A program made the position numbers and the translations under genes. DNA of 51,875 nt from an uncultured Halanaerobiales bacterium (lineage in GTDB: Bacteria > Bacillota > Halanaerobiia > Halanaerobiales > M55B127). Shown here in pieces: positions 44,702 to 51,875 of the stretch (within the stretch, counting starts at the first letter, position 1; each line of letters opens with the position of its first letter). The notes below the pieces were generated by a model. That model was not told the origin of the DNA and ran no database searches. It saw only the letters and a list, made by a program, of their open reading frames with translations. The stretch covers positions 1 to 51,875 of the forward strand of contig CAZXRH010000001.1 of assembly GCA_964642575.1 (NCBI GenBank), in the 5' to 3' direction.

Positions 44702-44992
44702 ATGGTTAAAGTTTTTTGGAACGATAAGGAAATTGCAAGTTCTGATAAAACGAAAGTAGTTGAAGGTAATCACTATTTTCCACCCGAAAGTGTTAAAATG
44801 GAATACTTTAAAAAAAGTGATCACCATACAACCTGTCCTTGGAAAGGTGAGGCATATTATTATCACTTAAAAGATGGTGAACAACAAGAAAATAATGCCG
44901 CCTGGTATTATCCTGAACCAAAAGAAGAAGCAGAAAAAATAAGAGACCATGTAGCATTTTATACCAACAAAGTAGATGTTAAAGAACAATAA
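44702..44992 (+). CDS. DUF427 domain protein
   Basis: 96 aa. VVEGNHYFPPESV...TTCPWKGEAYYYHL matches the DUF427 pattern. AAAGGAG RBS. Confidence 0.75.
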   Translation: MVKVFWNDKEIASSDKTKVVEGNHYFPPESVKMEYFKKSDHHTTCPWKGEAYYYHLKDGEQQENNAAWYYPEPKEEAEKIRDHVAFYTNKVDVKEQ

Positions 44993-45026
44993 ATAAAAAA
45001 AGAAATTCAGCAGGAGGAAATAGGTA

Positions 45027-45917
45027 ATGAAGAAAAAGTTTATTTTGATTACACTCATAGCTTTAATGACAATATCTTTAGTGGGTACCGCTTTTGCCCA
45101 AGAAGGTAGTTTTAAGATACTGTATACTAATAAAATAGAAGATGAAAGTCAATTAAAGAAAAATGACGGTCTTGAATTTAATCAAATTAAAAAACGAATT
45201 GAAAAATATCAAAACAACTCAAATCTATTAATAGTTGATATAGGAGATACTCTTTATGACCAAACTATTATAAATAAAAATAGCGGCAAAGATGCTATTC
45301 AAAACATGAATGAAATAGGTTATGTTGGGATGGTTTTAGGAAATGATGAATTTAATTTTGGACAGACCCGAATAAAAGAGCTGGAAAAAATGGCAAAATT
45401 CAATTTCCTAGCAGCTAATCTTCAACCACAACTTGTCGATTCATATATAATAAAGGAAGTAGATGGAATTAAAGTAGGTATTTTCGGTTTAGTAACACCC
45501 ACTACTATTAAAAAAACACATGCAGACAATGTCAAAGGTTTAACCTTTAGGGACCCTTATCAGACAGCTGCAGAAATGGTCGCTGAATTAAGTCAGCAGA
45601 CTGATATTATAGTTGCTTTATCACATTTAGGAACTGATAAAGATAATGAATACAATAGCCAGACGTTGGCCAAAAGTGTTTCAGGTATTGATATTATAAT
45701 TGATGGACAAAGCCGGGCAGCTATTGAAAAAAGTATATTAATAGATGGAACCTTAATAGCGCAAGCCGGTCAATATGATAGGAATATAGGAATGATAGAA
45801 GTAACCTGTGCAGATGGAGAAACTACTGCCCGGGCGGCTTTAATAACTGAAGAACAAAAAGCTGAAGTTAAAGATAATGAGGAAGAGTCTGAAAATAAGA
45901 GATTAGCACCCACTTGA
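45027..45917 (+). CDS. secreted metallophosphoesterase-domain protein (5'-nucleotidase N-terminal-like) with degenerate active-site motifs
   Basis: Signal peptide. Motifs VDIGDTLYD, LGNDEFNFG and ALSHLGTDKD line up with the calcineurin-like phosphoesterase motifs, but several ligands are replaced. No C-terminal 5'-nucleotidase domain. Confidence 0.65.
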   Translation: MKKKFILITLIALMTISLVGTAFAQEGSFKILYTNKIEDESQLKKNDGLEFNQIKKRIEKYQNNSNLLIVDIGDTLYDQTIINKNSGKDAIQNMNEIGYVGMVLGNDEFNFGQTRIKELEKMAKFNFLAANLQPQLVDSYIIKEVDGIKVGIFGLVTPTTIKKTHADNVKGLTFRDPYQTAAEMVAELSQQTDIIVALSHLGTDKDNEYNSQTLAKSVSGIDIIIDGQSRAAIEKSILIDGTLIAQAGQYDRNIGMIEVTCADGETTARAALITEEQKAEVKDNEEESENKRLAPT

Positions 45918-46011
45918 ATGTAGTATATAATCTACAGTTGTAGATAAGAATAGAAGTATATTGATAATCTAAATTTAAAATAGTGATTGCACAATGTAAT
46001 ATAAAAAGTAA

Positions 46012-46045
46012 GGGGCAGCAAAATTGCTGCCCCGTTTACTTGTTT
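46012..46045 (+). terminator. terminator for the 45027 gene
   Basis: GGGGCAGC-aaaatt-GCTGCCCC followed by GTTTACTTGTTT. Confidence 0.65.
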
Positions 46046-46070
46046 AAAGATAAAAATATATTTTATTAAT

Positions 46071-46104
46071 AAAAAAACTCACCCCGTTATAATGAGGTGA
46101 GTTT
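46071..46104 (-). terminator. terminator for the minus-strand sucrose/glucan operon
   Basis: Minus strand reads AAACTCACC..GGTGAGTTT followed by TTTTTTT. Confidence 0.7.
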
Positions 46105-46113
46105 ATTAGTTTC

Positions 46114-47736
46114 TTATTTGATTTTTCTATACATCTTGAGGTAGTAATTTTCCAGCATTTTACGAGCAGAAAATTCTTCATAGGTACTTTCAATACTGTT
46201 ATTCATCATTTCTTCCCATTGTGGCTTGTTATCATAATAGGTGGGTAATACATCATTAAAGAGTACTCTATAAAGTGATTCCCTATCATGTTGATCCTGA
46301 TTTTCGCCTACATAACCGTCCCCAAATTGCCAACCGTTCATTCCGTGTTGACAGGCTTCTGGCCACCAGCCATCAAGAATACTTAAATTTAAAACTCCAT
46401 TCATGGCTGCTTTCATACCTGAAGTACCACTTGCTTCTTTAGGTCGGCGTGGATTGTTTAACCAGACATCTACCCCTCTAGTCATCATCATGGCAATTTC
46501 CATATTGTAATCTTCTAAAAAGACTACACTATTAGGATATTTTTCTGTCATTTTTACAATTCTTTGTACAAGGTCTTTACCCTTATCATCAAGTGGATGT
46601 GCCTTACCAGAGAAGATGATTTGGATTCTATTATCTTTTAAGTAAGGTTCTATAATATCCATTTTACTGAAAATGAGGTCAGCCCTTTTATAGGGGGCAG
46701 CTCTTCTGGCAAAGCCAATCAGTAATTTATTAGGATCTAGTTCAGTCTTTGTTTTATCTTTTACATAGTTAATTAATTCCGATTTTAATTGTTGGTGAAT
46801 CGGCATTAAATCATTACCATCTTCAAAGGCTTCATAAATTCTAGAATCTACCCATGTCTTTCGATGTACTCCGTTTGTAATAGCTTTAATGGGGGACTTG
46901 TCATCTACATGGTCCCACATTTTACGAGCGGTTACTCCATGTAGTTGAGCAACTCCATTTGAAATTTTAGCTAATCTTAATCCCGCTACAGTATTACTAA
47001 AGGGATCATTACCTATTCTTTTCATCTGTTCTTCGGTTAATCCATTATATGCACCAATGTCTTTTAACACATGGTGTTCATGTTCTTCATTACCCTTTTT
47101 AACAGGGGTATGAGTGGTAAAGACAGTTTGATTCCTAACTGCTTTAAGGGCTTGTTCAAAATTTAATCCTTCTTCCATCTTTTCTTGTATCATTTCTGTA
47201 CCAGCAAACACGGCATGACCTTCATTATAATGATAGACATCAATGTCTAAATCAAGAGCACGGATCGCTCTGATACCTCCGATTCCTAAGGCGATTTCCT
47301 GAGCAATTCTTTCTTCTTGACCCCAGGCATAAAGTCTTTTGGTTATCCAGTCATATTTACCGTTTTCTTCTAGATTAGAATCTAAAAGGTATAGGGTATT
47401 CATATAGTCTGTTTCCATTTTCCAAACTTTTAATTTTATATCATTTCCTTTAACTTCTACATTTACTGTAACTCCTGTGTCTTCTAAATGATCATAAATA
47501 TAATCATTAGTAGGATATTTATCATATGGTCTACCATTTTCATCGATTAACTGTTTTGTATAGCCTTCCAACCATAACATTCCTATTCCGGTTATTGGGT
47601 AATCATATTCATGAGCTGCTTTTAAAATATCACCGGCTAAGATTCCCAAACCACCAGCATAGATGCGAAAGTTATTATTTATGCCGTACTCCATACAGAA
47701 GTAGGCAACATTTTTCCTTTTTTCTTTTGCTATCAA
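46114..47736 (-). CDS. alpha-glucan (maltodextrin/glycogen) phosphorylase, short GT35 type
   Basis: 540 aa. PKEASGTSGMKAAMNG carries the PLP-lysine motif. The N-terminus YFCMEYG..GGLGILAGD is typical of the family. Confidence 0.9.
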   Translation of the reverse strand: MIAKEKRKNVAYFCMEYGINNNFRIYAGGLGILAGDILKAAHEYDYPITGIGMLWLEGYTKQLIDENGRPYDKYPTNDYIYDHLEDTGVTVNVEVKGNDIKLKVWKMETDYMNTLYLLDSNLEENGKYDWITKRLYAWGQEERIAQEIALGIGGIRAIRALDLDIDVYHYNEGHAVFAGTEMIQEKMEEGLNFEQALKAVRNQTVFTTHTPVKKGNEEHEHHVLKDIGAYNGLTEEQMKRIGNDPFSNTVAGLRLAKISNGVAQLHGVTARKMWDHVDDKSPIKAITNGVHRKTWVDSRIYEAFEDGNDLMPIHQQLKSELINYVKDKTKTELDPNKLLIGFARRAAPYKRADLIFSKMDIIEPYLKDNRIQIIFSGKAHPLDDKGKDLVQRIVKMTEKYPNSVVFLEDYNMEIAMMMTRGVDVWLNNPRRPKEASGTSGMKAAMNGVLNLSILDGWWPEACQHGMNGWQFGDGYVGENQDQHDRESLYRVLFNDVLPTYYDNKPQWEEMMNNSIESTYEEFSARKMLENYYLKMYRKIK

Positions 47737-47782
47737 ATCAAATCACACTCCCAAGTAAATTTATCCTAATTTTTAATTAAAA

Positions 47783-49273
47783 TTATCTTTTCCAGATTCT
47801 TAGAAATCTATCCAGCAGCCTGGAATCGTTTTTTGCATCAGGTTCAGTAAAATATTCTGGAATTTCTAACTTTTCTTTTTCTTCTTGTTCGGTACTTAAT
47901 ATATTCTGCATAAATTCTAAATATGATTTAGCAGTTTGTTCCCAGGTATATTGATTCATCACCCTTTTTTTACCTTTTTTATGGTAATTATCCCAAATTG
48001 CTTTATCAGATAGTACTTCTAATAGACCCCGGGCAATATCTTCCGGCTCTTCTGGATCAACTAATACACCGAATTCCCCATCATTCATAATCTCAACCGG
48101 TCCACCGTTTTCAGTCACTACCGCTGGTAGACCAGAAGCCATTGCTTCGACAGGTGCTAATCCAAATGGTTCATAAAATGAAGTTAAGGCAAATACAGAA
48201 TTTTTGCTAGCAAAGTAAGCATAAGTTTCAGCTAATTGCTTTTGGCTGTTTAAAGAAAACATGGTAACTTTATTAGAACAATTATTATTATAAATAATCT
48301 TCATGACCTGGTCAAGAATATTTTTTTCTTCTTTGTCAGCACTTGAATAATCTTCAAAAGGATTTTCGATTCCTCTTAAGGCTATAGCGAGATTTGCATG
48401 TTTTTGCAGTTTTTTATTTTCAGCAAAGGCTTTTACTAAGCCAAGATGATTTTTCTTTTGATCTAAACGACTTGAAGAGATTATTAAAGGTAAAGATTGT
48501 CTGTCTTCATCAATATCCCGCTCAATATATCCTTCTAATTTATCTTGTATTTGTTCTGTATACTCACCGTTAAAGATATCTGTATTGACACCCGGTGGAA
48601 TAACTTTAAATTTGTCATCATCTTCTGTATCAACAGCTTGTCGATATAAATTATGCGAATACTGTTCATATCTTTCTTGTGAGGTACTAACAATAATGCC
48701 ATCAGCATGACTCATCGCAAGTCTTTCAGCAATTATTCTTCTATGAAAATTAAACTTGGTATTATAGTCTGTAAAATTAACCTTATTTACATCAAGTTTA
48801 TCCATCTTTTGAGCACCCAGGGAATGTCCTGTAAAGGTAAAGGGAATTCCTTTTTTCTCTTTTAATAAAACGCCACTTAGCCCCCCATCCCCATAATGAG
48901 TGGTAACAAAGTCCGGCATACTGCCTTCATCTTCATAAAAATTGATAATACTCTCTACATAATCATCTATATAAGGCCAGAGGGCTTCTTTTTTAAGAAA
49001 TTCATCACCGCCAAAAGGAATTCTGACAATTCTAACCTTATCACTTTCGGGATATTTTTCAATTGGATCTGAAAATTCAGGCCAATCATCATCTTTAATT
49101 TGTCGGGTGATAATATCAACATTAATACCCAACTTTGCAAGTGCTAGTGAGACTTCCTTAACATAAACTAACTGACCACCAAAATCAGGATGTTCTGTCC
49201 AATAACTATCTTTTGGATCAAAGTTTCCTTGTGGATTTAAAAAAGCTACACGTTGTATCTCAGATATATCCAT
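47783..49273 (-). CDS. sucrose-phosphate synthase-like GT4 glycosyltransferase (no SPP domain)
   Basis: 496 aa. Motifs GGQLVYVKE and TSFYEPFGLAPVEAMASGLP (EX7E). Size and neighbourhood with a fructokinase resemble the bacterial SPS described in Halothermothrix orenii. Confidence 0.8.
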   Translation of the reverse strand: MDISEIQRVAFLNPQGNFDPKDSYWTEHPDFGGQLVYVKEVSLALAKLGINVDIITRQIKDDDWPEFSDPIEKYPESDKVRIVRIPFGGDEFLKKEALWPYIDDYVESIINFYEDEGSMPDFVTTHYGDGGLSGVLLKEKKGIPFTFTGHSLGAQKMDKLDVNKVNFTDYNTKFNFHRRIIAERLAMSHADGIIVSTSQERYEQYSHNLYRQAVDTEDDDKFKVIPPGVNTDIFNGEYTEQIQDKLEGYIERDIDEDRQSLPLIISSSRLDQKKNHLGLVKAFAENKKLQKHANLAIALRGIENPFEDYSSADKEEKNILDQVMKIIYNNNCSNKVTMFSLNSQKQLAETYAYFASKNSVFALTSFYEPFGLAPVEAMASGLPAVVTENGGPVEIMNDGEFGVLVDPEEPEDIARGLLEVLSDKAIWDNYHKKGKKRVMNQYTWEQTAKSYLEFMQNILSTEQEEKEKLEIPEYFTEPDAKNDSRLLDRFLRIWKR

Positions 49274-49274
49274 T

Positions 49275-50261
49275 CTATAATGCCTCCTGCTCTTTAATAA
49301 ATTTTAAAAGATAATCTTTTTCGGGCACCTGTGAAAGTGCACCAACACCTCGAATCTTGAAAGCTGCAGTTGCATTACCTAACTTAACAGCTTCTCTGAT
49401 ACTCATTTTGTCCAATATTCCGTTCATAAAACCAGACCAAAAAGAGTCTCCCGCTCCCGTTACATCTACAACTTTTTTAGAATAAACTTTTAGTCTGAAT
49501 TTCTCTATTCCATCAGATACTAAAACACCGTCTTTTCCCATGGTTAATATAACAATGTTTGCACCGACTTGCAAATATTTTTCAATATAATTTTCTGGTG
49601 TATCAGGGCCAAAAAGATATTCGGCATCATCTAATGAGGGTTTAATAAAATCAGCAGTTTGGATTATTTTTTTAACCAATTCGGCACCATCATCTTCCTT
49701 AGGCCAGAGGATAGGACGGTAACAGGGGTCATATGCTAATAATGTATTATCATCTCCGGCAATCATATCTAATACCGCAAGGGCTGTATCCCGAGATGGT
49801 TTTTGAGAAAGAATAAAAGTAGTGAGGTATACAATCTTAGTCTCCTTCACTAATTCTTTTACTTTATCACTAAATTGAATATGCTTATCAGCATCCCGAT
49901 AGGCAAGCCAGGCTGGGGTTCCACTAGTTTTATTCACAAAGACGAGAGGTGTTCTGCGCTTTTTATCAATTTGAATACCTTCAGTATTAATATTTTCTCT
50001 CTGTAACACATTTAATAGAAATTCACCGAAATCATCATCACCGATTCTGGTTAACATTCTGGTTTTAGCTCCCAAACGCTGAGAGTTAACAGCTACATTG
50101 GCAGCTGAACCACCGAAATAGCGGGAAAATTTTTCTGCCTCTGAAAGTAAAACATTTTCTTCTTCAGTGATGAGATCTACAAGAAGTTCTCCAAAGCTTA
50201 AGATATCAACCTTGGAAGTAGTAAATGTATATTTAGAATCCAGTAATGACATAGTTTTCAC
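49275..50261 (-). CDS. PfkB-family sugar kinase (fructokinase-like)
   Basis: Motifs GGSAANVA and VDVTGAGDSFWSG. 1 nt lies between its stop and the SPS start. Confidence 0.85.
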   Translation of the reverse strand: MKTMSLLDSKYTFTTSKVDILSFGELLVDLITEEENVLLSEAEKFSRYFGGSAANVAVNSQRLGAKTRMLTRIGDDDFGEFLLNVLQRENINTEGIQIDKKRRTPLVFVNKTSGTPAWLAYRDADKHIQFSDKVKELVKETKIVYLTTFILSQKPSRDTALAVLDMIAGDDNTLLAYDPCYRPILWPKEDDGAELVKKIIQTADFIKPSLDDAEYLFGPDTPENYIEKYLQVGANIVILTMGKDGVLVSDGIEKFRLKVYSKKVVDVTGAGDSFWSGFMNGILDKMSIREAVKLGNATAAFKIRGVGALSQVPEKDYLLKFIKEQEAL

Positions 50262-50392
50262 CTCTTTTACCTTCTTTATTGATTATTCTAGAAAAATTTT
50301 TGATTACCTGCTTGAAGGGATTATATAAGCTTTATAGAATTTATATAAAATAGTAGCGGAGTTTATGTGTACTACTATAACCATAAATTGGA

Positions 50393-51814
50393 ATGATATA
50401 TATGAAACTAACAGCAGAAGATAAGATTATTTTTATATATGTGCTAATTGGTGCAATGTGGATTTACTTTTCTGATGAAATAATTTCTTCTCTTTTTAAT
50501 GAAGAGGAAATATTAATGAGAATTCAAACCTATAAGGGACTGATATTTGTTTTAGTTACAGGTTCAGTATTTTATTTCCTTTTAAAAAATTACTTTAAAC
50601 AATTGAGAGATACTCAAAAAGAGTTAGAAAAGAGAAATGAAGAATTAAACAAATATACTTCCCAATTAGAATCCGGCCAAGAAGCTCTGCAGGAATCCTA
50701 TCGTGATTTATATGAACACACAGAGGACTTAAAGTTAATGGTTGATTTTATTAATAATATTAGTCAGGAAACCTTTAATGATTCTCATAAGTTTTTATCA
50801 AGATTATTAAGAACTTCTTTTCAGTTAGTACCGTTAAGTGATTATGGAAGTGTTTATAGAATTAAGAATGGAAAAGTACAATTTATAGATGCAATTGGTC
50901 ATGACTTGGATAAATTACAGAGATTAGATATTGACCAGGAAGTATTTGCTACTTATGAGCCGGAACCACAGATTATTGACGAGTTGCTAATGAAAAACAA
51001 AAATAAATTACCCAAAGAAGAATTCCAATTATTAGTAGATGGATCTAAGGATATCAAACAGTCTCTTTCCTTTTATTTAGAAGTGGAAGATGATATGATT
51101 GCTGGTATTTCACTTGATATAGACCGCAACTCAGAAGCTGAATTCTGTGAACATGGAGTCAAAACATTAAAGGCATTTCGCAATATTGCCGAATCATTTT
51201 ATACCTTTCAGCGGTATAATAAATTGCAGGGAGACTTCCAACGTGATATAATCTTATCAATGATTAAATTTTTAGAGATTCACGATAAATACACCGGTGG
51301 CCATTCTGAGGAGGTAGCGGAATTATCTAAAAAGATTGCAAAGGCTTTAGATTTAGATAAAGGCCAAGTTAATGATGCCTATTGGGCCGGACTGGTACAT
51401 GATATTGGTAAATTAATAGTACCGAGCGTAATTTTAAATAAAAAGAGCAATTTTCGTAAAGAAGACTATGAATACATAAAAAATCACCCGCGTTGGGCAT
51501 ATAAATCACTTTCAGAATCTGAAAGATTAAAGGATATTGCAGAATACGTTCTTTATCACCATGAAAGATGGGATGGGGAAGGTTATCCCAAGGGATTAAA
51601 AGGAAAAGAAATACCCTTGATTTCAAGAATAGTAGCTGTGGCTGATGTTTATTCAGCCATGACTTCAGACCGATCCTATCGCGATGCTTTATCAGAAGAA
51701 AAAGCATTACAAGAACTTAAAGAGAATAAAGGAAAACAGTTTGATCCTCAAATAGTAGATATATTTATTAAAATAATAGAAAATGATATTAGTAAAACTA
51801 TCCAGGTTAATTAA
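50393..51814 (+). CDS. membrane-anchored HD-GYP domain protein (cyclic-di-GMP phosphodiesterase-type)
   Basis: Two N-terminal TM segments, a coiled coil and a GAF-like middle region. HD-GYP motifs TGGHSEEV, HDIGKL and HHERWDGEGYP. An alternative start is ATG 50402. Confidence 0.85.
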   Translation: MIYMKLTAEDKIIFIYVLIGAMWIYFSDEIISSLFNEEEILMRIQTYKGLIFVLVTGSVFYFLLKNYFKQLRDTQKELEKRNEELNKYTSQLESGQEALQESYRDLYEHTEDLKLMVDFINNISQETFNDSHKFLSRLLRTSFQLVPLSDYGSVYRIKNGKVQFIDAIGHDLDKLQRLDIDQEVFATYEPEPQIIDELLMKNKNKLPKEEFQLLVDGSKDIKQSLSFYLEVEDDMIAGISLDIDRNSEAEFCEHGVKTLKAFRNIAESFYTFQRYNKLQGDFQRDIILSMIKFLEIHDKYTGGHSEEVAELSKKIAKALDLDKGQVNDAYWAGLVHDIGKLIVPSVILNKKSNFRKEDYEYIKNHPRWAYKSLSESERLKDIAEYVLYHHERWDGEGYPKGLKGKEIPLISRIVAVADVYSAMTSDRSYRDALSEEKALQELKENKGKQFDPQIVDIFIKIIENDISKTIQVN

Positions 51815-51845
51815 TATTATTAGATATATAAAGGTGATGTAATAA

Positions 51846-51875
51846 ATGGATATTATTGTACTACAGGAAGATATC
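51846..51875 (+). CDS. start of an unidentified gene (runs off the window end)
   Basis: AAAGGTGA-tgtaataa-ATG, then MDIIVLQEDI. Only 10 codons are visible. Confidence 0.3.
   Translation, partial: MDIIVLQEDI

Noticed and set aside
44579-45058. ORFs 44579..44866 (-) and 44867..45058 (-)
   Set aside because: They are antisense to the DUF427 gene and to the start of the metallophosphoesterase gene. The Phe/Ile-rich low-complexity translation comes from the poly-A/T coding strand, and there is no SD.
47526-47780. ORF 47526..47780 (+)
   Set aside because: It is antisense to the 5' end of the alpha-glucan phosphorylase gene and has no RBS or family signal.
1-51875. CRISPR arrays, rRNA/tRNA genes, IS elements, integrases or phage genes
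   Set aside because: I saw no regularly spaced direct repeats, no tRNA-like or rRNA-like conserved stretches, and no transposase or integrase-like ORFs on either strand. The AT-rich 28.6-34 kb block looks accessory but has no recognisable mobility gene or flanking DNA repeats.

Overview
Low-GC, Firmicute-style chromosomal segment. The frk-sps-glucan phosphorylase cluster resembles one reported for the halophilic anaerobe Halothermothrix orenii, so a Halanaerobiales-like origin is an inference only. Coding is dense and almost entirely on the + strand up to about 46 kb. All family calls are by-eye motif recognition; no searches were run.

Contents, in order:
(A) 0.6-14.5 kb: a sigma-54 enhancer-binding regulator, a -24/-12 promoter, and a peptide/amide-catabolism locus. 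The locus holds an Asp/Glu/hydantoin racemase, a nitroreductase, three paralogous M19-like dipeptidases, an ATPase-less Opp/Dpp-type importer, an M20 dipeptidase and an amidohydrolase.
(B) 14.6-28.6 kb: a paralogous second module. It holds a regulator, a -24/-12 promoter, a C26 gamma-glutamyl hydrolase, a complete Opp/Dpp ABC importer, three M20 hydrolases and a CoA-transferase.
(C) 28.9-33.5 kb: an AT-rich accessory block. It holds an XRE-ImmA/IrrE-UPF0175-like fusion gene overlapping a PIN gene, then a secreted transglutaminase-like protein and an S41 peptidase.
(D) 33.6-44.3 kb: the most unusual part. A GntR/HutC regulator precedes a long co-directional gene string. That string encodes another ATPase-less family-5 ABC importer, a TIM-barrel isomerase/epimerase-like protein, a HAD nucleotidase-like protein and a four-gene nitrogenase-like cassette. 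The cassette is D-like, K-like, NifH-like and NifB-like, with no other nif genes in the window. The locus is bracketed by two paralogous, unannotated 48-codon ORFs on the opposite strand.
(E) 44.7-51.9 kb: a DUF427 protein, a degenerate metallophosphoesterase, the minus-strand fructokinase / sucrose-phosphate synthase / alpha-glucan phosphorylase operon, and an HD-GYP protein.

No rRNA, tRNA, CRISPR array, transposase or integrase was recognised.
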